A DNA stretch of 64,000 nt, taken from positions 1-64,000 of IMG/VR virus record IMGVR_UViG_3300013004_000026. One strand, written 5' to 3'. How positions within the stretch are numbered: position 1 is the stretch's first letter; every line of letters starts with the position of its first letter. Shown here piece after piece: positions 56,831 through 63,811 of the stretch. Source of the DNA: a virus. Position numbers and translations under genes: made by a program. The notes beneath the pieces were generated by a model that saw only the letters and a list, made by a program, of their open reading frames with translations, made no database searches and was not told the DNA's origin.

Positions 56831-57003
56831 TTTAGTGAAAATAGAACAGCGTCTTTTTTGTGTTTGAATTTGAAATGATACAATGGTTTTTTAGAAAAAA
56901 TATTGTCTGCATTCAGCGTCCAATACTTGTAACCAATGTTATTCACAGCCCATTCGCCTGCTAGGCTGGCAATTTCGGGATCAATAAGTGTAATTGTAGT
57001 CAT
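56818..57003 (-). CDS. Small LKW-family protein (leaderless)
   Basis: MTTITLID...FKHKKDAVLFSLKWAS; ATG 6 nt after TATAAT. Confidence 0.7.
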   Translation of the reverse strand: MTTITLIDPEIASLAGEWAVNNIGYKYWTLNADNIFSKKPLYHFKFKHKKDAVLFSLKWAS

Positions 57004-57009
57004 GCTATA

Positions 57010-57038
57010 ATTATACGCATTCTCATGGATTATGTCAA
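57010..57038 (-). promoter_or_regulatory. Perfect consensus sigma70 promoter driving def and the LKW array
   Basis: TTGACA-17 nt-TATAAT. Confidence 0.85.
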
Positions 57039-57232
57039 CTCCAACGCAGCATGAACCAATCAGCTTGGCCGGCCTGCTTGAAAATAAAAATAGTATTGCC
57101 CAAACTGGTGTCACATTCGCCCCAGCCGCCGTCCCAGCAGTCATGGCACCATTTTATCATTATATCTCGTTGTTCGCGTGTGATACGCCCTGCGTTGATA
57201 TACCATTGGTCATTTAGGTGTGTTAGTTTCAT
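57035..57232 (-). CDS. Small LKW-family protein
   Basis: C-term FKQAGQADWFMLRWS. Confidence 0.65.
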   Translation of the reverse strand: MKLTHLNDQWYINAGRITREQRDIMIKWCHDCWDGGWGECDTSLGNTIFIFKQAGQADWFMLRWS

Positions 57233-57539
57233 CTAGGCACAGTGCCTCTAGTGTTTTGTAATGTTCATAGGCTTGACGCAGTGCATCATATTTTTCTAAC
57301 AGTTTTGGGTCAGGAACCAATATACTCAGCCGCTGTTGTATTTTTTCTAAACTTTGTGCTAGATCTTGTCCGTTAATCGTTACCTTGCCGCCAAATTCAG
57401 CATCACCACGCACTTGCAAGGATCCCTGGTTGGTTATATTTACATGATTGGAACTTGATCCACTCCATGTATACGCACTACCAGATAATAGTCCTGATCC
57501 TATAATTACATTGCTACTGGGTTTGATTGAAGTTGTCAT
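57210..57539 (-). CDS. Hypothetical protein
   Basis: LQVRGDAEFGG...RLSILVPDPKL...AYEHYKTLEAL. Confidence 0.7.
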   Translation of the reverse strand: MTTSIKPSSNVIIGSGLLSGSAYTWSGSSSNHVNITNQGSLQVRGDAEFGGKVTINGQDLAQSLEKIQQRLSILVPDPKLLEKYDALRQAYEHYKTLEALCLDETNTPK

Positions 57540-57581
57540 ACCCGTGACTTTAGCATAAATACAACAAAGGAGTCAACAGCT

Positions 57582-57881
57582 ATGGCTATACAAGTAATCA
57601 TTAAGGTTACCAAAACTGACAATAAGGATTGGGTATTTGCTCGCAGCGAGCCTGCTGCAATACTACATAGCATGGAGCAAGCCAAGGCTTGGTTATGCAG
57701 TGACTGGAACATGCCCAGCAATCAAGAAGCTATCTTGGTCAAGACCTTTGCCGACATGATCGAAGCTAACAAGTTTATTATAAAACAGGTTGACACTGAT
57801 TTTCCAGACTACGAAGCTGTACGCGATTTATTTGTGGAATATGAAAACAAAGACGAGCAGATTACTACCAAAGAAATTTAG
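57582..57881 (+). CDS. Hypothetical protein (late, opposite strand)
   Basis: TAAATA 57556-57561 and AAGGAG RBS; converges on the putative ncRNA. Confidence 0.7.
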   Translation: MAIQVIIKVTKTDNKDWVFARSEPAAILHSMEQAKAWLCSDWNMPSNQEAILVKTFADMIEANKFIIKQVDTDFPDYEAVRDLFVEYENKDEQITTKEI

Positions 57882-57882
57882 C

Positions 57883-58170
57883 AAAGCAAGCGGTTAAGTA
57901 GTAGCTGAACAAATGACACCAAGTTGGGCTAATAACCAATGGGACAAAAGTCAACCAACAACCAACAGAGGACCTAATATTTGCCGGATTCAAAGGACAA
58001 GCTCTCTATGACTTGGCCGGCTGACACTAGGACACGGAGGCTTATCAGGCCATTAAGCGTTATAGTATGCATAATCTTCTTTTGGAAGAGATGCAATCTA
58101 CGGTGCTACTCTCATCTCCCTCTTGCTTTCCAAGGACACCAACCAATGCTGATGCCCTATTGCTTTCCCT
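57883..58170 (-). ncRNA. Putative structured ncRNA downstream of the DIP1984-like gene
   Basis: Largest non-coding gap in the window; terminal stem 58105-58129 pairing with 57883-57905, internal hairpins, G-U pairs only on the minus strand, repeated UGUCCUUUG-like motif. Confidence 0.7.
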
Positions 58171-58236
58171 GTCTTGATTTCATTGACCACGGTTTTAGGC
58201 CGGGTATTTTACTTTCTCAACAGGTTCCACAACTCT

Positions 58237-58812
58237 TTACAAAATACCCTCTTTCTTGAGAATATTTTCTACCTCGTCTGTGAGTTCAATCTCAGTGGTT
58301 ACATTGAGATGCAGAACCTCATCATTGAGGCTTTGTTTTTGCTTTTTCAATTCGCGCATGATGCCACGAATGCTTTCAACTTGTGATGTTTGCAAAACGC
58401 CACTGCTCACAGTGTTGTCGTAACCATACATGCGATGTTCTTCGCGACGATTGCGAATCTTTTCCAGCTGACCAGCCACCACCTGCAGATCCTTAAGAGC
58501 CGCAGATTCCTGCACCAATGGATCCAACTGTGCCAGGCGTTTGTCAATGTAGGCCAAGTGACTCAGCTTGTTGCCAATACCGCACTGGAAATTGGCAATA
58601 CCCATGGTTGCACGAATGCTGTACAAGGCCATGAGTAGGTCACTACGGCGCACATCAGCTGCCATTAGTGAATCATTGGCTGCCTGCAACACTGCTGTGG
58701 GTTCTTGAAACTCACTGATGTCCACAGTGGTTTTCACAGCGATGTTTTTCAACAGATCGTTGATGTTGGTTTGAATTGCATTTGCTTTGCGTAGACTGAC
58801 TTTGATTGCCAT
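58237..58812 (-). CDS. Helical coiled-coil protein, DIP1984/DUF6847-like (by recalled motif)
   Basis: SLRKANAIQ start, LYSIR..MG.AN middle, KQKQSLNDEVLHLNVTTEIEL end resembling R.LD..IQ..NW.TEL; AAGGAG RBS. Confidence 0.55.
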   Translation of the reverse strand: MAIKVSLRKANAIQTNINDLLKNIAVKTTVDISEFQEPTAVLQAANDSLMAADVRRSDLLMALYSIRATMGIANFQCGIGNKLSHLAYIDKRLAQLDPLVQESAALKDLQVVAGQLEKIRNRREEHRMYGYDNTVSSGVLQTSQVESIRGIMRELKKQKQSLNDEVLHLNVTTEIELTDEVENILKKEGIL

Positions 58813-58826
58813 GTGTTTCTCCTTGT

Positions 58827-59648
58827 TTAGATATCAAAACCCACTGTGGGGTCAAATAATTTTGCCTGTTGTTCGTAGCCCATGTAACCGCGTGGGTTGC
58901 ATATCACACGACATTGTCCGATCATGTAGTCTGATGGATCGTGCATGTGACCGTGTGTCCAGAACTGAATGTTCTCATGATCCAGTATGAAATCGCTTAG
59001 GTCACTGGCATATCCACCGTTCATGTCTACATCATGCTTGTAGTGCTCATGCACACTCTTGTAACTAGGAGCATGATGTGTACACACCACAATCTTCTTG
59101 TCGCGGTTTTGTTCCAGCATGAGCCGGAAGTATTCTTTGGTACGCATGTGAGTTTCCATGGTATCCTGCGGAATCAGCTTGCGATAGATAGCGCCAGCCT
59201 TGTTGGTGATAGCACGATAGTCATTCATGCCATGCTTCAACACCTGAATGCACATGGGGTTACCCTTGTTGCAGTCAGTCCACAGTGTGGCACCCAAGAA
59301 CAACACACCGTCAATTTCAATATGTTCATTCTCTAGCACGTTTACATTGTCAGGAACCATGGACTTGAGCTCATGCACAGTCTTGTCATAGCGTCCGTGA
59401 TAGTGCTCGTGGTTGCCCATCACATAGATAACTTCGCGATACTTGGCACATTCTTCAATAAAGAAACGCTGGGCACGATCTGTCCGTTTGGGATTGTCGT
59501 GCCCATCCATGATGTTCAGTGGATCATACTTGTACTTGAGCAATGTACGGCTTTCAACCACATCACCCGACAAGATTAGCACATCGCCGCCCGGCAATAC
59601 AAGGTCGCTAAACTCAAGGTGAAGGTCAGAAATTACATTAACTCGCAT
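58827..59648 (-). CDS. Calcineurin-like metallophosphoesterase
   Basis: SDLHLE, LSGD, GNHEHY, THHAP, HGHMH, NPRGY. Confidence 0.9.
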   Translation of the reverse strand: MRVNVISDLHLEFSDLVLPGGDVLILSGDVVESRTLLKYKYDPLNIMDGHDNPKRTDRAQRFFIEECAKYREVIYVMGNHEHYHGRYDKTVHELKSMVPDNVNVLENEHIEIDGVLFLGATLWTDCNKGNPMCIQVLKHGMNDYRAITNKAGAIYRKLIPQDTMETHMRTKEYFRLMLEQNRDKKIVVCTHHAPSYKSVHEHYKHDVDMNGGYASDLSDFILDHENIQFWTHGHMHDPSDYMIGQCRVICNPRGYMGYEQQAKLFDPTVGFDI

Positions 59649-59675
59649 GTTGATTCCAATTTAGTTTAACTTGTA

Positions 59676-60047
59676 TTATAGCAGATTTTTGGTGTTACGA
59701 TCAACCACTAGCCAACCTAATTTCTCCAAATCGCGTTCTATTGTGGGAACAATAACACTTTCGGGAACATAGTTCGGATTGATCAATTGCACACCCGAGC
59801 AGTACCAGGTGTCCATGACATCATGGCGTATTTCAGCAACCATGTTGGCAGCATAGCGCCAGGAACAGTTCCACTTGATGTTCTTGAGTATGGCCCATAC
59901 ATCATATGGCCCAAATTCGTTGTTGCACATGGCAGCATAGAGATTTTGAGCATACACCTGATCATGGCGGATACGATCTATCATCCACCATGTTCCTTTA
60001 ACATCGCGTTCTAGATTGAACACAGGGTTAAAAACTTCATATGACAT
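59676..60047 (-). CDS. Hypothetical protein (leaderless late)
   Basis: YAQNLYAAMCNNEF, CSWR, WYCSG; TAAATA-CTGTT-ATG. Confidence 0.7.
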   Translation of the reverse strand: MSYEVFNPVFNLERDVKGTWWMIDRIRHDQVYAQNLYAAMCNNEFGPYDVWAILKNIKWNCSWRYAANMVAEIRHDVMDTWYCSGVQLINPNYVPESVIVPTIERDLEKLGWLVVDRNTKNLL

Positions 60048-60066
60048 AACAGTATTTACTATGCCA

Positions 60067-60093
60067 AAATAAAAGGCGCTGAATCAGCGCCTT
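60067..60093 (-). terminator. Rho-independent terminator
   Basis: AAGGCGCUG-AUU-CAGCGCCUU followed by UUAUUUU. Confidence 0.8.
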
Positions 60094-60113
60094 GTGTCTG
60101 GTCTCTCTCGAGA

Positions 60114-60407
60114 TTAGACTGTGATACCCAGGCTCTGTGCGCGGTAGGCCAGTGCAACCAGCTTGCGGCTAGCGTTACCATGCTTGTACTCAGTTACCAT
60201 AACACCATTGCCAGCTTTGCGGGTGTTTGCATAGATAGCATAACCACGCTGGCGGATGTTGCTGATAGTAGCAGTTGGGTTTTTAACTCCAAAACGCTTG
60301 CTGATGTCGGCGGCGCTGAGCACCTCGCCCTTGCGGACCAGTGCGTTAAACACCTTGCCAGTTTTGGTATCTAGATCAAAGTTACGAATAGTTTCGGTTT
60401 TGTGCAT
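60114..60407 (-). CDS. Winged-helix/HTH DNA-binding protein
   Basis: LSAADISKRFGVKNPTATISNIRQRGYAIY; own promoter (TTGCTT-17-TATACT), GAGGA RBS and terminator. Confidence 0.65.
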   Translation of the reverse strand: MHKTETIRNFDLDTKTGKVFNALVRKGEVLSAADISKRFGVKNPTATISNIRQRGYAIYANTRKAGNGVMVTEYKHGNASRKLVALAYRAQSLGITV

Positions 60408-60474
60408 TTTAATTTCCTCTATATAAAGTAGCTGTTTAACAGCATGACTAGAGTATAGCAAAATCCTGCAGAAC

Positions 60475-60500
60475 AAGCAAGACCTTTGGTGATCTTGCTT
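60475..60500 (-). terminator. Hairpin overlapping the next -35 box
   Basis: AAGCAAGA...TCTTGCTT inverted repeat. Confidence 0.5.
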
Positions 60501-60515
60501 GCAGTTTGTTAACCG

Positions 60516-60743
60516 TTATGCTTGGTCAACAAACTTCTTCAGTTCCTCGGCCTTAGCAATGATATCCGTAGTTGACGGAAAATCAGGCATGGTTGGGTAC
60601 GGAAGGATTCCTCGGTTGGCATCATTCAGCTTGGAATGATATTCATCATTGAGACATACTCGTTTTTGGTGAATAGGTGTTTCAAGGATTTCCTTGGCCA
60701 AGGTCAAGAGTTCGAGACGGATCTCGTAGGGTGTTTTGCTCAT
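60516..60743 (-). CDS. Conserved phage small protein
   Basis: TPYEIRLELL..AK...FPSTTDIIAKAEELKKFV; AAGGAG RBS. Confidence 0.7.
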   Translation of the reverse strand: MSKTPYEIRLELLTLAKEILETPIHQKRVCLNDEYHSKLNDANRGILPYPTMPDFPSTTDIIAKAEELKKFVDQA

Positions 60744-60809
60744 ATTTTTCTCCTTTGTGTGTGATGTGTGTCTAACACGAGCTGTGACTGTTGTCACAAT
60801 AATACTTAT

Positions 60810-60830
60810 AAGAAAGCCCCTTGCGGGGCT
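60810..60830 (-). terminator. Rho-independent terminator
   Basis: AGCCCC-GCAA-GGGGCU followed by UUCUU. Confidence 0.75.
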
Positions 60831-60836
60831 AAATTT

Positions 60837-61115
60837 TTATTTCTTTTTCTGTTCTTCTTTTTTCACCGGATCAGCTGGCTTTTTCTTGTCTTCTTTTTTT
60901 ACTGGATCATTTGGGTTACCGGTAGTAACAGTTTCTGCTTTTTTGTGAACCTTGATCTTCTTGCACTGTTGCTTGGGTTTGCCGTCTTTACCGACCACCG
61001 GCTTACCATCTTTGCCTACTACATCTTTGCACACTTCTTTGATTTGTGCTTCTGCAAAAGCTGGTGGATAAGCAAGTGAAAGTGCGATTCCTACTGCTAG
61101 AATGATATGCTTCAT
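60837..61115 (-). CDS. Secreted Lys-rich small protein
   Basis: Signal peptide ...PAFA; one Cys pair; GKDGKP repeat. Confidence 0.7.
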   Translation of the reverse strand: MKHIILAVGIALSLAYPPAFAEAQIKEVCKDVVGKDGKPVVGKDGKPKQQCKKIKVHKKAETVTTGNPNDPVKKEDKKKPADPVKKEEQKKK

Positions 61116-61134
61116 GATTGAGCTCCTGGTTAGT

Positions 61135-61323
61135 TCAAGTATTTAGCTTTTTGGTCAACGAAACTTCGCCTGTTTCGTCTATGTTCCAGGTCAGTGTGTC
61201 GCCTGGTATCCAGCCAAGATCTGCCAGCAGTTCAGGTGGCAACGGCATCATGAGATCGCCTGTTTCTGGGTCTTCCTCAAGCTCAACTATCCAATGTGTA
61301 AGTTTAGTCATCTGTGTCTCCAA
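61135..61323 (-). CDS. AbrB/SpoVT-like small protein
   Basis: GDLMMPLPPELLADLGWIPGDTLTW swapped-hairpin pattern. Confidence 0.55.
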   Translation of the reverse strand: METQMTKLTHWIVELEEDPETGDLMMPLPPELLADLGWIPGDTLTWNIDETGEVSLTKKLNT

Positions 61324-61492
61324 ATATCAGCGCCTTCATGCGTTTTTCTACCATGTTTGGGTCGCACTTTTCCATAGCACAAATAAAACATATTTGTTCA
61401 TGGTTTGGTCCGTACGGTCTGCACTCGTCGATGTTACCGCACATTTCACACATGCGCGGAATTTCTTCGCAGATTACACCTCTAGTTGTCAC
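61304..61492 (-). CDS. Small Zn-finger-like protein
   Basis: CEMC...CRPYGP...CFIC. Confidence 0.6.
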   Translation of the reverse strand: MTTRGVICEEIPRMCEMCGNIDECRPYGPNHEQICFICAMEKCDPNMVEKRMKALIFGDTDD

Positions 61493-61629
61493 CGGGATTC
61501 TTTCTTAACTTGCTGCTCTTGTTTTACTTCAACTGTTTGTTCTGGCGGCCAAATTTGTTCCTTGATATAGTTAGCACCAAACCAGCCCCAGGCTGAAAAA
61601 AATCCCCACATCATTATTTCTAGTATCAT
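61489..61629 (-). CDS. 46-aa membrane peptide, not in ORF track
   Basis: MILEIMMWGFFSAWGWFGANYIKEQIWP...; GTGA overlap. Confidence 0.55.
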   Translation of the reverse strand: MILEIMMWGFFSAWGWFGANYIKEQIWPPEQTVEVKQEQQVKKESR

Positions 61630-61647
61630 AACAGTTCCAGTCCATAA

Positions 61648-61911
61648 TCAGTACTGCCTTCGTAAAGCTGTCCAGGTCATCCATTCTCTAAAAGCATTGT
61701 AAACCAGGGCAGCTTCCTTTTCATCCTGTTCGACCAGTTTCCCACGAACATAAAAGCCCGTCTTGGTAATCTTGAGCATTTCACTGCTTTCGATATCAGT
61801 ACCAGCATGAAACACAATGTTGCCAGCTTCGGGTTCATTGCCACGCAAGGCCAACACCGTGCCAGGAAAACTGGGATCGCGGCTGGCTGTTAGAGCTCGC
61901 TTCTTTTTCAT
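61648..61911 (-). CDS. Hypothetical protein
   Basis: EMLKITKTGFYVRG. Confidence 0.6.
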   Translation of the reverse strand: MKKKRALTASRDPSFPGTVLALRGNEPEAGNIVFHAGTDIESSEMLKITKTGFYVRGKLVEQDEKEAALVYNAFREWMTWTALRRQY

Positions 61912-62093
61912 TGTGGCACCCGAAAGTATTCGGTCAACAGCATGTCAATGGCATCGATGTAACGATGATATCTACCGCGGTCCTCGTCGTGCAGTTTGCC
62001 TTCTTCGATAAACTGCCGGAACATGGATCGGTGTTCGTCTAGTGTCAACGCAGTTATACGATCTGCTGTTTCGCCGTCAAGTTTGATTTCCAT
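61908..62093 (-). CDS. Hypothetical protein
   Basis: LDGETADRIT..L; ATGA coupling. Confidence 0.6.
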   Translation of the reverse strand: MEIKLDGETADRITALTLDEHRSMFRQFIEEGKLHDEDRGRYHRYIDAIDMLLTEYFRVPQ

Positions 62094-62167
62094 TGTTCAG
62101 TCCGTATGTGGCGGTAGATCGTAGTCTGCTGGGTCTGCAGGGAATCTAGGTATGTTGGGTGTCATGA

Positions 62168-62434
62168 TTATCCTTGAATGTTAGGAATATTGATTTCTCT
62201 GTTGTACTGGGATTCTATACTATTTGCAGGATCAGGGCAAGTGTATTTGATATTGCTCTCTACCGGAAGTCCAAACGCTGCGCGAATATTTTTTTTGTCT
62301 ACTTGACTGCCGCAGATTTGCGCACACTCTTCTGCTACTAGTGCTACCACAAATTCTATACGCTGTTGGCACTCTTTACTAATGTATTTGTGAACACCAG
62401 ATTCCTGCATGAGATTTTTCAGTCGTTGATTCAT
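62168..62434 (-). CDS. MNxR-family small protein
   Basis: MNQRLKNL...VAEECAQIC. Confidence 0.6.
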   Translation of the reverse strand: MNQRLKNLMQESGVHKYISKECQQRIEFVVALVAEECAQICGSQVDKKNIRAAFGLPVESNIKYTCPDPANSIESQYNREINIPNIQG

Positions 62435-62438
62435 GTGT

Positions 62439-62654
62439 TTACTCGTACATGTTAAAATGTTTAAGAATGGTCTTGTCTATTCTGCGCTGATACTGTTCGT
62501 CTGTGTGTACCAGTCTAAAAAGTTCAGCACATTCTCGAACCACTAGCTCTCCATAAATTTTGTTGTACTGCTCTACCCAGGCATCTACATCAAGTATGCT
62601 TTTGGGCACTGCTTGTTTGGCTTCACTGGCCAGTTGTTGCAGGCGTTGATTCAT
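62439..62654 (-). CDS. MNxR-family small protein
   Basis: MNQRLQQLA...LVVRECAE...ILKHF. Confidence 0.6.
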   Translation of the reverse strand: MNQRLQQLASEAKQAVPKSILDVDAWVEQYNKIYGELVVRECAELFRLVHTDEQYQRRIDKTILKHFNMYE

Positions 62655-63378
62655 TATTGTCCTTTGTGGTGTCTGCCAACAATGCATGAAGTTTTGTAGC
62701 ATAGTTCATGTGATAGTCGGCGTCTTTTATATGAAAGATAGGTTCCGAGTACTCCCTATTAGGATACTTCCATGCATTTGGTAATACTAACACAGATTGA
62801 TATTTTGTAAAATCAATTTGAACATTTTGTATGGTTTGACCCACAAAAGATTCAAACCCACCCAATGATGCATAATGTCTACATCCAGTATCAGCTAAGA
62901 ATTGTAAAGTTTGTGTTATGTACAAATAATTTTTTAGTGTGTCAAATGACTCAATATAAAATTTGTCAAACCATTGTTCAAATATATGATAATTGCCATT
63001 GGGCATACAGTGTTCAACTGGGCTCACATCCTTTTGTATCTGTTGTTCTAGGTCTCCAAAACAAGCAATGTCTTTGTGTTCGTGCTTGATCATGCCTTTT
63101 ATATACCCAGACATTTTTCGCCAGGGCTCTACCAAAGACGAATAAAAAGTTGGTTCACTGGCCAGAAATTCTATCCTAGGACAGTTAGTAAAACTGATCA
63201 ACACAACATCTGGATCAAATCGACTGCTTTGCATGACCTGGTGGTAGATACTGAAATTACTGCAACCTCCCCGGGCTAGTCGGTAGACTTCATGAGGAGC
63301 CAGTCGATCGGCCCAGTGTAGACCTGGGTACCGGTCATCAACAGTATTAAAACTATCCCCACAAATTACAATTCTCAT
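62623..63378 (-). CDS. SGNH/GDSL-hydrolase-like protein
   Basis: ICGDSF, LARGGCSN, late His (IFH). Confidence 0.55.
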   Translation of the reverse strand: MRIVICGDSFNTVDDRYPGLHWADRLAPHEVYRLARGGCSNFSIYHQVMQSSRFDPDVVLISFTNCPRIEFLASEPTFYSSLVEPWRKMSGYIKGMIKHEHKDIACFGDLEQQIQKDVSPVEHCMPNGNYHIFEQWFDKFYIESFDTLKNYLYITQTLQFLADTGCRHYASLGGFESFVGQTIQNVQIDFTKYQSVLVLPNAWKYPNREYSEPIFHIKDADYHMNYATKLHALLADTTKDNNESTPATTGQ

Positions 63379-63388
63379 AGATGATCGA

Positions 63389-63811
63389 TCACTTCCACTC
63401 TTCCATGAGCAGTTGCCTACTTACTTCAGGACCAAGTGCTTGCAGTTCTTGCACTAGTTTTTTGCCTTGGTATTGTATCCATTCGTCCACAAAGGCCTGG
63501 AACTTTTCTCGACCTCGCACAGCATCTGCCACAAAACCGTCAATGGTGCCATAGCACACTCGATCACGAATCCAGGCCTGATCCACCACCATGCTCTGGC
63601 TTACATCAAAGGTCCAATGACCTGCATCCGCGGTCTTTACAGCATTGGGGCCGTAACTGGACAAACAGTTCAACACTGTGATATGATCATGACTCTTGAC
63701 CTGTACCACCAGGAAGTAAGGATGGAACATTTCTTGCCAGTAATCACCTGGCTGAGGATTGTCCAGTGCCGCTTGATTAGTGCGTTGTTGCTCTTGATAA
63801 TCATATGTCAT
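63389..63811 (-). CDS. Hypothetical protein
   Basis: Start MTYDYQ; NPQPGDYWQEMF. Confidence 0.6.
   Translation of the reverse strand: MTYDYQEQQRTNQAALDNPQPGDYWQEMFHPYFLVVQVKSHDHITVLNCLSSYGPNAVKTADAGHWTFDVSQSMVVDQAWIRDRVCYGTIDGFVADAVRGREKFQAFVDEWIQYQGKKLVQELQALGPEVSRQLLMEEWK

Larger units (their letters stand above)
4163..61147. promoter_or_regulatory. Dispersed T4-like late promoter box TAAATA (collective entry)
   Basis: Minus-strand TAAATA just upstream of starts at about 4163, 5682, 7177, 7397, 10412, 16008, 16782, 20206, 22700, 27618, 38642, 42696, 50130, 51388, 60053, 61140; plus strand at 16897 and 57556; often overlaps the upstream TAA stop. Confidence 0.75.

Noticed and set aside
57910-58139. 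Possible CRISPR mini-array
   Set aside because: Repeats are only 9-11 nt and degenerate; no cas genes in the window; kept as an ncRNA motif instead
57981-58386. Plus-strand ORFs 57981..58259 and 58174..58386 across the putative ncRNA
   Set aside because: TTG starts without RBS, atypical composition and antisense overlap with a real gene; minus-strand RNA structure explains the region better
62097-62165. 22-aa ORF MTPNIPRFPADPADYDLPPHTD filling a gap
   Set aside because: Plausible (AAGGA upstream) but too short to support without homologues or expression data
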